A stretch of DNA of 64,000 nucleotides from Planctomycetota bacterium (GTDB taxonomy: Bacteria; Planctomycetota; UBA1135; UBA2386), in the NCBI GenBank assembly GCA_965223545.1, contig OZ245006.1, positions 2,272,001 through 2,336,000 on the forward strand, read 5' to 3'. Both the position numbers and the translations under genes were made by a program. Position 1 is the first letter of the stretch, and each line of letters opens with the position of its first letter. Shown one piece after another: positions 40,434-49,682 of this stretch. The notes under the pieces are model-generated. The model had not been told where the DNA came from. It was given only the letters and a program-made list of their open reading frames with translations, and ran no database searches.

Positions 40434-41083
40434 GCCTCGAAACCCCGCCGGCGCAGCCCGACCAACACCCGCGCGTGCGCGGTCCGCGCCGCCTTGCGCG
40501 CGGCCTCCGCCGACGACATGCCGAGCGTCCGGGCGATCTCCGCGTAGGGTCGCTCCTGCCGGAACCGCAGCCGGAACACGTCGCGCAGCCGCTGAGGCAG
40601 CAGCGCGACCACCTCGTCCACCGCCGCGTCGAACTCGCGGTTGCGCACCGCGCGCGTCGGCGAAGTCATGTCGCTGGACAGCTCGGCGCGGGCCAGCACC
40701 GTCCCTGCCCGGTCGCGGCCGCGATCGCGGCACTTTGCCCGGTGGAACCGGATGGTGTCCATCAGCTGCGTGGTGACCGTCGTGGCCAGATAGCTGACGA
40801 AGGCGCGCTCATCGCCGGCCCGAAACCGGCGGAGATCCCGCATCACGCCCATCAGCACCTCGTGCACCACGTCGCCCGTGCTGAACAGCGCGGCCAGCGC
40901 CTGCTTGCTGTTGCGCACCTGCAAGTCCAGCTGGCGCCGGACCATGCGACTGACCTCCGGGTAGAAGCGCTCGATGAGCGCGTCGCGTGCCGGCAGGTCG
41001 CCCGCCTGGGCACGCCGAATCAGACGCTCGATCTCTCCGGCTGCCGGCCGCTCAGGCGAATTTGGGTGTAGCACCCCGACCAT
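40430..41083 (-). CDS. ECF sigma factor (kinase-associated, planctomycete type)
   Basis: LIRRAQAGD..ARDAL, STGDVVHEV, RDVFRLRF...YAEIARTLG. Confidence 0.85.
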   Translation of the reverse strand: MVGVLHPNSPERPAAGEIERLIRRAQAGDLPARDALIERFYPEVSRMVRRQLDLQVRNSKQALAALFSTGDVVHEVLMGVMRDLRRFRAGDERAFVSYLATTVTTQLMDTIRFHRAKCRDRGRDRAGTVLARAELSSDMTSPTRAVRNREFDAAVDEVVALLPQRLRDVFRLRFRQERPYAEIARTLGMSSAEAARKAARTAHARVLVGLRRRGFEA

Positions 41084-41131
41084 GATGCGGCACGAGGCGA
41101 GCGCCGTGGCGCGCAGCGGCCCAACACTCTC

Positions 41132-41160
41132 AAAAAAAGCGCGCCGGCCCCCGTCAGCGC
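41132..41160 (-). terminator. Possible intrinsic terminator of sulfatase gene
   Basis: Minus strand GCGCTGAC-GGGG-GCCGGCGC-GC-TTTTTTT; imperfect stem overlapping the stop codon. Confidence 0.35.
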
Positions 41161-42587
41161 ACTCGATCGTACTCCGGGTTGACCGCGCGTTCGCCCCAAC
41201 GCTGCACGACGGCGCGGAGGGCGGCGTCGGATTCAGGGTATTGCCCTAAGTCACCCGTCTCAACCATCCAGCGGGCGAGCCGCACCCGCATCTCGCCCAA
41301 GGCTTGCGCGTGCGCGGGGTCGTGGACCAGGTTGCGCGTCTCGTGTGGGTCGGTGTGCAGGTCGTACAGCTCTTCGCTCGGCCGGTGCGGTCCGGCGAAC
41401 CGCTTCTGCACGGAGTCGAGGCGGCCCCCGTCGTAGAGCTCTTTGAGGACGCGCATCGTCGGCCAATCGTCGCGGTACTGCGGCTGCAGGTATGGACGAT
41501 CGGTCATGAAGTTGCGGATGTACTTGTAGCGCGCCGTGACCACGGCGCGGATGCGATCGATCGTGTAGTCACAGCGATCCCGCGCCGCGACGAAGTGATC
41601 GCGGCGAAAGCCCTCCGCAAACACATCGCGACCGTGCATGTGCGGTGGCACGGCTATCCCCGCCAACGCCAAGGTGGTGGCGGCGAGGTCGAGGCCGCTG
41701 ATCAGGTCGTCCCGCACGACCCCCTCCGGCACGCCGGGGCCGGCGATGATGCACGGCACGCGGATGCCGCCCTCGTACAAGAACTGCTTGTGGCGCATCA
41801 AGCCCATGCCGTGATCGGAGAAGAAGAAGATCACCGTGCGCTCCAGCAATCCGTCGCGGCGCAGCGCGGCGACGATGCGGCCGACCGCGGCGTCGAGATC
41901 GAGGATCGAGTCGTAGTGCTTGGCGATCGCCTCGCGGAACGCGGGATGGTCGGGGTAGTACGGCGGCACGTCGACTGCTGCCGGGTCGACGACGGCCGGG
42001 GCCTTCGTCTTGCCACCCGTCATCTGGATCTGGCCGAAGAACGGCCGCGTTCCGGCAGCGGGATCGGCATTCCAACAGCGCCCGTCCTCCGCGCCGTGGA
42101 AGTTCATCCTCGCGTCGTACCAGTCGTAGAGCCGATCGACGTCGTAGACGAAGTTGTAGTGCAGCTTGCCCTTGTTGAAGGTGAAGTAGCGCGCCAACGC
42201 CAAGATCTCGGGGATCGTGCGCACGGCGAGGTAGTTGGGGTCCCACGCGTCCATCTCGATGCCGCGCCATTGTTCGAACGAGCTGTAGTGCTGGTGCGCG
42301 CCGATCGAGGTCTGGTGCATGCTGGTGATCACCGCCGACCGGGTCGGCGTGCACACCGGCGCGGGCATGTAGCAGCGCGTGAACCGCGTGCCGGCCGCGG
42401 CCAGCGCGTCGATGTGCGGCGTCTGGATCACTCGGTCGCCGTAGCAAGACATCCACGCGTTGGTGTCCTCGACGTAGATCCACAGGACGTTGGGACGATT
42501 CGCATCGTTGGGTAAGGTATCGGCCGGCGGCTGCGCTGCGGCCGGCAAGAGACTGAGAAGACAGCAGGCAACGACGATCGGCGGCAT
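41154..42587 (-). CDS. Sulfatase (Cys-type, formylglycine dependent)
   Basis: RPNVLWIYVED, TPHIDALA, CTPTRS (CxPxR), FFSDHG, ELYDL..DPHE. Confidence 0.93.
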   Translation of the reverse strand: MPPIVVACCLLSLLPAAAQPPADTLPNDANRPNVLWIYVEDTNAWMSCYGDRVIQTPHIDALAAAGTRFTRCYMPAPVCTPTRSAVITSMHQTSIGAHQHYSSFEQWRGIEMDAWDPNYLAVRTIPEILALARYFTFNKGKLHYNFVYDVDRLYDWYDARMNFHGAEDGRCWNADPAAGTRPFFGQIQMTGGKTKAPAVVDPAAVDVPPYYPDHPAFREAIAKHYDSILDLDAAVGRIVAALRRDGLLERTVIFFFSDHGMGLMRHKQFLYEGGIRVPCIIAGPGVPEGVVRDDLISGLDLAATTLALAGIAVPPHMHGRDVFAEGFRRDHFVAARDRCDYTIDRIRAVVTARYKYIRNFMTDRPYLQPQYRDDWPTMRVLKELYDGGRLDSVQKRFAGPHRPSEELYDLHTDPHETRNLVHDPAHAQALGEMRVRLARWMVETGDLGQYPESDAALRAVVQRWGERAVNPEYDRVR

Positions 42588-42649
42588 GCGGGCGAGCTGG
42601 AGAGACAGAGTGGCGTGCAGCATTGCACGGCGCAGGCGAAGATGCCCCG

Positions 42650-43108
42650 ATGAAAGTCCTGTTGTCCCGACTCAGCAACGACCGCCACCGCTTGGTGGTC
42701 GAACGCGCCGGCGGCGACCGGATCGAGCGCGAGCTCGAGACCCGCAGCGTGCTGTTGCACGACCTCGTGCACTACGCCCTAGAGGCAGAGGCCGGTATGC
42801 AAGACGGCTTCTGGGGGTCACTGGCGTCCGGCATGGACTTCGACACCCTCCTGGCCGAGACCCAGAGCCCAGAGCTGCGCGGCATCCATTTGGCCGAATC
42901 GCTGGTCGGCCCGATGCAATCGGTCTGGAAGGGGCAGCTGTCCGTCGACCGATACGTCGAGACCGCCCGCCGCACTGCGCCGTTCGTCGACCGCTCGTTC
43001 GTCGACGGGGTCCTGCGCCGCATGCGCCACCTGTGGGGCCACTGGTGCGGCACGCCATTTCACGAAACCATGGAGCTCACCTGGCCGCCGCCGAAGGCGG
43101 GACGGTAG
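42650..43108 (+). CDS. Hypothetical protein (gene X)
   Basis: LLHDLVHYALEAEAG...GFWG motif; a second partial copy at 45304-45554 keeps the frame. Confidence 0.7.
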   Translation: MKVLLSRLSNDRHRLVVERAGGDRIERELETRSVLLHDLVHYALEAEAGMQDGFWGSLASGMDFDTLLAETQSPELRGIHLAESLVGPMQSVWKGQLSVDRYVETARRTAPFVDRSFVDGVLRRMRHLWGHWCGTPFHETMELTWPPPKAGR

Positions 43109-43111
43109 GCC

Positions 43112-43436
43112 ACTTGGGCAGCACCTTGCGCTCTCACCCCATCGCCCGGGCAGCGCGCGAGCTGGAGGTGAGCGAGCGCCAGCTCAGCCGGCTGTTCCAG
43201 CGCCACGTCGGCCTCGCGCCCAAGACATTCCAGCGCGTTAGCCGCTTCCGCAGCTTGTTGCACACGATGCAACGGACGGGAGAGCTCGCTTGGACGCGTG
43301 CGGCCTACCACTGCGGCTTTGCCGACCAGCCGCACCTGTGTCGCGAGTTCCGCGGCTTCGCCGGGATCACGCCGAGCCAGTACGTACCAGCCGCGGCGCC
43401 CGACTACATGCCGTGGGCACCGAGAGAAGGCGAAGA
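43112..43436 (+). pseudogene. AraC C-terminal HTH fragment, 325-bp copy of 49285-49609
   Basis: Ungapped near-identity with the 3' half of araC-like gene 48792; no start or N-terminal domain. Confidence 0.85.
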
Positions 43437-43562
43437 GACTACGCCTAAGGACACGTTGTGCCGGGCAATAGGTCGCGCGCCGGCTCAGGAGTCCATCCAG
43501 CATGCCAGCGCCCCGCTCTCCTCAAGCGGATCCGTCCCGTTCCGATCCGCCCCTTGAGCAAG

Positions 43563-44915
43563 TCAGATCGAGAGCAGGCTCAGCAATAGGTCGAGCTCGT
43601 CTCGCACGCTTGCCTGCTCGACCGACCCAACCATCCAGTCTTGTGGCGGTGACACTCCATCAACTCGCAGCCGAACATTGGTGAGCAGGTTGGTGGCGGT
43701 CGACGTATCCAGGTTGGCGATCGCATTCGCAGCGTTGCGCACACGATTCGCCAGCGAGTTACGTCGCCCCTTTCTCGCATTGTCGTTGGCCCCGACGAAC
43801 AAGTCGAGGTCATACGCGTCGACAACCGCGGCGAGAACCCGCACTTGGTCTTCAAGGAAACCTGTCGTGACGCCCGGGATCGTCGGCGACGGATCAACAT
43901 CGTCGCTCACACCGTCTCCGTCACTGTCGACGTTGCACGGGTCGGAGCCCAGAGCGAGCACCTCGATCCCATCAGGGAGGCTGTCCCCGTCGGAGTCGGG
44001 ATCCAGCGGGCTCGGGCAGCCCGTACCCATCGCGATGTCCTCCTCGACGCCATCGAGCAACCCATCGCCATCCGTGTCCGCGTTCAGCGGGTCAGTGCCG
44101 ATCTCAGCTTCTTCGCCATCGTCCAGACCATCTCCGTCACGGTCGCCGAAGGCCAAACCGACGAGCCGGTTCGAGGTGTTCAGAGCCACCTCCAGCAGCA
44201 CGTCCCCGGTGTCCAGGTCGATCTGCAACAGCCGGGCGGGATTGAACCCCAGCGCCCACATCGCTCCTCCCGCGATCAGTGGATTGCTCGCAACCAAACC
44301 CGGAGGTGGGTAGTGGCGGACAACGGACTGCGTTGCCGGGCTGACGGTCAGCTCGTACAGGTCAGTAATGCCGGTACCATCGTGGTCCAGGTTGTAGATA
44401 GTCCCGGTGGCCGGGTCCACGATGACACCGTCCAGATCGTCGTCGCTCGCCGTGGAATAGTCCGCGATGACGGTCATGGTTCCATCGAGAGCCAGCGCGG
44501 CGAGAATCTCGGAGGTAGCGTCCTGGCCCGGATCAGCGCTCATGTGCAACAGACCGTTCAGGACGAACAGAGACTCACCGACCGTGCCGACACCGTTTAG
44601 AGAAGTGGTGACCGAACTGAGAATGCCCCCTGTCAGCGAGTCGATCTCCACGAGCTGGGGGTTCGTGAACAGTGCATCGCGCGCCAACGCGAAGAGCCGC
44701 CCATCGAAATTCGCCATCTGGACGTTGGCGAAGACCGATTGCCCCAGTGGGCCGACTGGCGAAACGTCGCCCGTGACACCATCGATCAACACGAGGCTGT
44801 CGTTGTCGGTATCAACGCTGAAGAAGGATGGCTGGGCTGCCGCGCTCAGGCCGAGAACCAAAGACGCCGAAGCGCGTCCGATTGCCAACACTAGGGTCAT
44901 CGGTGACCTGTTCAT
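43563..44915 (-). CDS. Secreted beta-propeller-like protein with DxDxDG (thrombospondin type 3-like) Ca-binding repeats
   Basis: Signal ending AAA-Q; DRDGDGLDD, DTDGDGLLD, DSDGDSLPD, DSDGDGVSD; lower GC than flanks. Confidence 0.8.
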   Translation of the reverse strand: MNRSPMTLVLAIGRASASLVLGLSAAAQPSFFSVDTDNDSLVLIDGVTGDVSPVGPLGQSVFANVQMANFDGRLFALARDALFTNPQLVEIDSLTGGILSSVTTSLNGVGTVGESLFVLNGLLHMSADPGQDATSEILAALALDGTMTVIADYSTASDDDLDGVIVDPATGTIYNLDHDGTGITDLYELTVSPATQSVVRHYPPPGLVASNPLIAGGAMWALGFNPARLLQIDLDTGDVLLEVALNTSNRLVGLAFGDRDGDGLDDGEEAEIGTDPLNADTDGDGLLDGVEEDIAMGTGCPSPLDPDSDGDSLPDGIEVLALGSDPCNVDSDGDGVSDDVDPSPTIPGVTTGFLEDQVRVLAAVVDAYDLDLFVGANDNARKGRRNSLANRVRNAANAIANLDTSTATNLLTNVRLRVDGVSPPQDWMVGSVEQASVRDELDLLLSLLSI

Positions 44916-45156
44916 GAGATCTCCATTCGAGATGTACGACGGGCTCACGCGACACGTAAAGCAGCGCCGCGCAGCCATCGGCAGCCCGATCGCGAAGACC
45001 CACGACGGGGCAACGGTGCCGACGGCGATCGTGAGTAGCAGCGCGATTCAGTCGAGTCGTCCATCACGGAGAGCCCCATTTCCCTTCGATTTCGGCGAGG
45101 CCCCCCTGCACCGGACGGTTTTTCGGGGGACCGTGATGGACTCCTACGCCTGTTGA

Positions 45157-45554
45157 CCCCGGGTCGGGTGCAAAGACGCGCTCACATCTCTGCAGAATCA
45201 GGAACCCCGGGCAGCTCGCGTCGTCGAACTCCGCTTCTGCGGCGGCCTGACGATCGAAGAAGTTGCAACGCGACTGCACGTCGGCACGACGACAGTTGAA
45301 CGAGACCGCCACCGGCTGGTGGTCGAACGCCCCGACGTCGACCGGATCGAGCGCGAGCTCGAGACCCGCTGCGTTCTGCTGCACGACCTGGTGCACTTCG
45401 CCCTCGAGGCAGAGGCCGGCCTGCAGGATGGCTTCTGGGGTTCGTTGGCGTCGGGCATGGACTTCGACGCCCTACTGGCCGAGGCCCAGAGCCCAGAGCT
45501 GCGCGGCATCCATTTGGCCGAATCGCTGGTCGGCCCGATGCAATCGGTCTGGAA
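45157..45554 (+). pseudogene. Chimeric remnant: ECF sigma region 4 fused in frame to internal fragment of gene X
   Basis: DALTSLQNQEPRAARVVELRFCGGLTIEEVATRLHVGTTTVERD continues directly into RHRLVVER...; 45304-45554 copies 42680-42930. Confidence 0.75.
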
Positions 45555-45556
45555 AA

Positions 45557-45808
45557 CCGCTCCGGCAAGAGCGGCATCCGAGTTTGGTTGCGGCCGTGGC
45601 CGCGCTGAGCCTCGGGGTCCGAGAATGTTCGAGCGGCAACAACCTTTCGGAAGGCCCGTCGTCGCCGGGACTTCGATACCGCAACTCCCGGAGGCTCGAA
45701 GACAACACTGGCGTCTGCGCTCAGCGCGGCGGCGGATGTGTCAGAACTTCCAACCCGCTCCGGCAAGAGCGGCATCCGAGTTTGGTTGCGGCCCCGGCCG
45801 CGCTGAGC
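45557..45808 (+). repeat. REPIN-like composite repeat, locus 3
   Basis: 54-bp direct repeats 45557-45610 and 45755-45808 (2 mismatches); inner unit bounded by 12-bp inverted repeat GCCGCGCTGAGC/GCTCAGCGCGGC. Confidence 0.88.
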
Positions 45809-45824
45809 ATCCCGACGGTCATCT

Positions 45825-46946
45825 TCAGGGCGTCGTCACGATGGTCGCCGAACTGAGCTGGAGACTTTGGTCGTAGAGCACCGTCTGCAACGCGACCGTG
45901 AACCCCAAGGGCAGCGGCGGATGGTTGATCGCCAGACGGTGGAGGCGGCTAGCGGGCAGAGTGCCGTAGCCGATGAACACGTGATCGGCGGGATTCACCC
46001 AAAGGGCGCCGAGAGGGCCAAGGAGGGCCGGAGACGGGTCGCTGATCAGGATTGCGAAGTCCGCTCCCGCCGGGCCGTGCAGCTCGACGTCGAGTCGCTG
46101 GCCGGTGGTGTCGGCGATAGTGCTCGATACTTCGCGATGAATGACCGTCGCCGGTCCCTCGATCGGAACGGCGCCGGGCGCGGGCGTCACCGTCGCCGAC
46201 GGGTCGAGGATCAGGACGCCACCCGAGGTCCGGATGGCGGGTTGCGGAAACACGGTGCCAGTGCCCTGGACCGTGGTGCGGGTCAGGGTCACTCGGCCGC
46301 CCATCAGCGTCAATCCGGCACCAGGGAACGTGCCAAAGCTCCCGCGAATCGAGCACGACACGCAACTGACGTCGCCGCTGGCGACAGTCAACCCCGAGAA
46401 CAGGTTGGGGTCGAACACGCAACGCTCGACCACGACCGACGCGCTGCCAATGGAGAGGGTTTCGACAACGGCGTCGGCGACGTGGACTTGCGCCGACGCA
46501 GACACTCGGAGATCCCACTGGGCGAGGTTCGACTGACCGAGGTCACGCAGCGACACGGACCCGGCACAGTCGCGCACGGTCAGTGGATAGGACGGCCCCG
46601 CGGTGTAGGAGGCGGTGTACGCATCAAAGCCGCGCATCGCGAACGTCTGCCCCGACGGCACGTCGTGGACTTCGATGCCCAAGAAGCCCGGCGGTGACAG
46701 CGAGAAGGAAGGCTCCAGACGAGCCCCCCTCCCGATCAGGTGGATGCCCTTGTCGATCTTGATGGCCTTGGACTCGGAGTAGATCCCGGCGCGCACCAGC
46801 ACGATGTCACCCGGAGCCGCCGCGACCACAGCTGACGAAATGGTCTGAAAGGGGCCGGCTACGGGGTCGACGATAAGAGTTTGCTGGCCGGTGGCGATGC
46901 CAGCGAGGATCGCAACGACGGCCACCACACGGGTGTGGGGAAGCAT
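45825..46946 (-). CDS. Secreted short beta-helix protein (paralog family B) with shared C-terminal module
   Basis: Signal ending ATG-Q; FQTISSAVVAAAPGDIVLVRAGIY; similar to 61801..62958. Confidence 0.8.
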   Translation of the reverse strand: MLPHTRVVAVVAILAGIATGQQTLIVDPVAGPFQTISSAVVAAAPGDIVLVRAGIYSESKAIKIDKGIHLIGRGARLEPSFSLSPPGFLGIEVHDVPSGQTFAMRGFDAYTASYTAGPSYPLTVRDCAGSVSLRDLGQSNLAQWDLRVSASAQVHVADAVVETLSIGSASVVVERCVFDPNLFSGLTVASGDVSCVSCSIRGSFGTFPGAGLTLMGGRVTLTRTTVQGTGTVFPQPAIRTSGGVLILDPSATVTPAPGAVPIEGPATVIHREVSSTIADTTGQRLDVELHGPAGADFAILISDPSPALLGPLGALWVNPADHVFIGYGTLPASRLHRLAINHPPLPLGFTVALQTVLYDQSLQLSSATIVTTP

Positions 46947-47126
46947 TGGGGCGAAGCTCCTTCGAGAGGGGAACGGAACACCTTGGACGGCGCAAGTCTC
47001 GTGCCGGCAGCGGCAATCGCGATGCAGGCGCCGTACGCGCGGGCGCGCGGTCGATTCCGGGCACAGACATCGGCGCATCGGCACCCATTCGTCCGTTCGC
47101 CGACGGTGCGCACCCCTCGCATCACC

Positions 47127-48131
47127 TCACCCCCCGATGTTCGAGGAGTGGAAGTGCGCGACGCGCCACTCACCGCCACGCTGGACGACCACCGCGGTGC
47201 GGCGCCCCGGGCGCGAGGCGCGCTCCACGCGCCAGGTCACCAGCGCGCTCCGCGGACCGAGCTCGGTCACCGAGAAGTCGGTCGCAGCGTCGCGGACGCC
47301 GAGGGGAGCGCTGCCGCCAGCGGCGCGCCACTGCGCGAAGCGCTGGGTCATCGCGTCACCGATGGCATCTCGACCGGTCACCAGCCGGGTCGCATCGGCG
47401 TGAGGAAAGTAGATCGAGGCATCCTCGGTCAGCTCCTCCTGCACCGCGTCGCTGTCCATCGCATCGAGGGCGGCGACAAAGCGGTGGACCGCGGCGAGCG
47501 GTGTGCTGGCCCCACCCTCATCGGCCTCGGCAAACCGAACCGGCGCGGTCCACCGATGGGGCCCCCAGGCGAGCTGCAGCGTCATCTCGCAGCCATCGCC
47601 CGCCGTGCGCAGAGTGACCTCGAGCAGCTCGACCACCTCGTCGACGAGCTCGTGCCGCAGCGCGATCTCGATTCCCTCGGGATAGCGGTCGCCGAACGGC
47701 GGGTAGGCGCCGCGCGCATGCGCGTCGGCGGGTTCCATCAACCGCAGTGCCATGCGACCCGCGACATCGAACCCCCATCCGACATAGCGCAGCCCCGATG
47801 CGACCCGCTGGTCGCCGAACACGATCGCTCGGTTGTTGTCGATCGTGGCCCAGTAGTTCCGGCCGAGCCGAAACCAACGGTCGCGCGCTGGAGCGGAGAG
47901 CAGTTGCTCGTGCTCTGGCTTCCACCGCGGTTGCCCGCACGCGATCCGCACGAGCGCGAGGGGCTCGCCGTCGAACGCCAGCTCGAGGCCGTCCTTGCGC
48001 GGCTCGGTCGTCACCAAGAACGCAGCCGCGGTGCCACCTCCCGAGAACGTCAGGAGCTGTGTGGACTGGCCGGCGACCGGCGCAGCCGCGACCGTCGACA
48101 AGAGCAGCAGGAGGAAGCGCGGCTGACTCAT
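47127..48131 (-). CDS. Secreted DUF2911-like plus NTF2/SnoaL-like domain protein
   Basis: GQPRWK...WFRLGRNYWAT; LQLAWG; C-term RTAVVVQRGGEWRVAHFHSS; ATGA overlap. Confidence 0.65.
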   Translation of the reverse strand: MSQPRFLLLLLSTVAAAPVAGQSTQLLTFSGGGTAAAFLVTTEPRKDGLELAFDGEPLALVRIACGQPRWKPEHEQLLSAPARDRWFRLGRNYWATIDNNRAIVFGDQRVASGLRYVGWGFDVAGRMALRLMEPADAHARGAYPPFGDRYPEGIEIALRHELVDEVVELLEVTLRTAGDGCEMTLQLAWGPHRWTAPVRFAEADEGGASTPLAAVHRFVAALDAMDSDAVQEELTEDASIYFPHADATRLVTGRDAIGDAMTQRFAQWRAAGGSAPLGVRDAATDFSVTELGPRSALVTWRVERASRPGRRTAVVVQRGGEWRVAHFHSSNIGG

Positions 48132-48697
48132 CGGTCCTCCTCGTGGGTGACCCGCTCGTACGCGGTCTCGACGGCGAGCTCTTCGCGTCCATCGGGAGCG
48201 ATGTTGAACGCCGAGATGGTCAGCCGGTCGTCGGCCGCAAACGCGTACTCCGTTCGCCACCCCCACGGCTCCTGCGCCGCGTGCATGCGGTAGCTTCCGG
48301 TGACCGCGAAGCCATCGCGCGCGGGCTTCCCGCGGGACACCATCAGCGCGTTCGACATGTGGAAGGCGTCCCACCACACGAGCTGGAGATCGCCCGCGAC
48401 ACGATCGAACGCGATCGTCTCTTCGCCGGCCGAGGTCTTGCCGTCGCGGGCGCGCGTATAGCAGTGGCGCACCATGCGCCCCTCGAGCAGGGGCTCGAAG
48501 CGCCCGCGAATCACGGCGTCGTCGAGGAGCTTGCCGGCCGACCAGGCCTTGCACGTCCCCTGCCATTCGCCGAGTAGACGGTCGAAGAGATCATGGTCCA
48601 TGGCCTGGTTCGACTCCTGCAGACGATTCGACGGAAGGACAATCGGAGAGAAAACAGCGGCGAGTGAGCTCGCCAGCAAGAGCGACGTACAGCGCAT
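48128..48697 (-). CDS. DUF1579-like protein
   Basis: RLLGEWQG, WWDAFHM, GSY...PWGWRT, FNIAPDGRE..AVE..Y. Confidence 0.7.
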   Translation of the reverse strand: MRCTSLLLASSLAAVFSPIVLPSNRLQESNQAMDHDLFDRLLGEWQGTCKAWSAGKLLDDAVIRGRFEPLLEGRMVRHCYTRARDGKTSAGEETIAFDRVAGDLQLVWWDAFHMSNALMVSRGKPARDGFAVTGSYRMHAAQEPWGWRTEYAFAADDRLTISAFNIAPDGREELAVETAYERVTHEEDR

Positions 48698-48791
48698 GCA
48701 CGCACTGTCCGCGCGGCGATCCGGTGAGGCTTGAACGAATCGGACACCTGCACGGCACCGCTCGGCGCGGCAGAATGGGACACCGAGCTCG

Positions 48792-49682
48792 ATGCGCTAC
48801 GTCCGCCGCCCTCCCCGTCTGCCGCTCGACACGATCGTCGATCACTACTGGGCCTTCGAAGGTTACGAAGTGCCCGTCGCCACCGGGCTACTGTTCGCCG
48901 ACGGCTGCTGTGACCTGATGTTCGCGCTCGACATCTCGATGACGCTGACCCGCGGCCAACGCACCCAGAGTTGGCGTGGCGCCGCGATCTCGGGCCAGCG
49001 GACCGCGCCGATCCGGATCGATCTGCCGGCCAAGCGCTTCACGATCGTGGGCGCTCGCCTGAGGCCGTGGGGACTCCCCCCTCTCATCGGCGCACCGGCC
49101 ATCGAGGCCCGCGACGCGGTGATCGACCTGCACGCGTTTTGGTCTGCCGACGCGGAACGCATTGCGGACAGGATGGCCGCGGCCGAGACGCCGGCGGCGC
49201 GCATCGACATTCTTGAAGATTTGCTCGAACGTCGCTTCGACGCTCGGCGATTACCGAGCACCGGCCTCATCGAAAAGATCGACGACTTGGGGAGCGCCTT
49301 GTGCGCCCACCCCATCGCCCGGGCAGCGCGCGAGCTGAAGGTGAGCGAGCGCCAGCTCGGCCGGCTGTTCCAGCGCCACGTTGGCCTCGCGCCCAAGACA
49401 TTCCAACGCGTCAGTCGCTTCCGCCGCTTGGTGCGCACGATGCAAACGATGGGAGAGCTCGCTTGGACGCGTGCGGCCTACCACTGCGGCTTTGCCGACC
49501 AGCCGCACTTGTGTCGCGAGTTCCGCGCCTTCGCCGGAATCACGCCGAGTCAGTACATACCAGCCGCGGCGCCCGACTACATGCCGTGGGCACCAAGACA
49601 AGGCGAAGACCACGCGCGGCGGCGGGATCCCGAGCGGAGCTCGGGCGCCGCGCGTAGTGGCGAGCGACTGCGCGTCAGTTGA
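48792..49682 (+). CDS. AraC family transcriptional regulator (DUF6597-type N-terminus)
   Basis: ADGCCDL, GARLRPWG, SERQLGRLFQRHVGLAPK, GFADQPHLCREF. Confidence 0.92.
   Translation: MRYVRRPPRLPLDTIVDHYWAFEGYEVPVATGLLFADGCCDLMFALDISMTLTRGQRTQSWRGAAISGQRTAPIRIDLPAKRFTIVGARLRPWGLPPLIGAPAIEARDAVIDLHAFWSADAERIADRMAAAETPAARIDILEDLLERRFDARRLPSTGLIEKIDDLGSALCAHPIARAARELKVSERQLGRLFQRHVGLAPKTFQRVSRFRRLVRTMQTMGELAWTRAAYHCGFADQPHLCREFRAFAGITPSQYIPAAAPDYMPWAPRQGEDHARRRDPERSSGAARSGERLRVS

Noticed and set aside
45136..45160. Second selenoprotein at TGT-TGA (MDSYAC-stop)
   Set aside because: No redox-family context; the downstream frame is a sigma-4 relic.
45557..45808. CRISPR mini-array
   Set aside because: Only two 54-bp repeats with a 144-bp spacer that itself recurs elsewhere; no cas genes.
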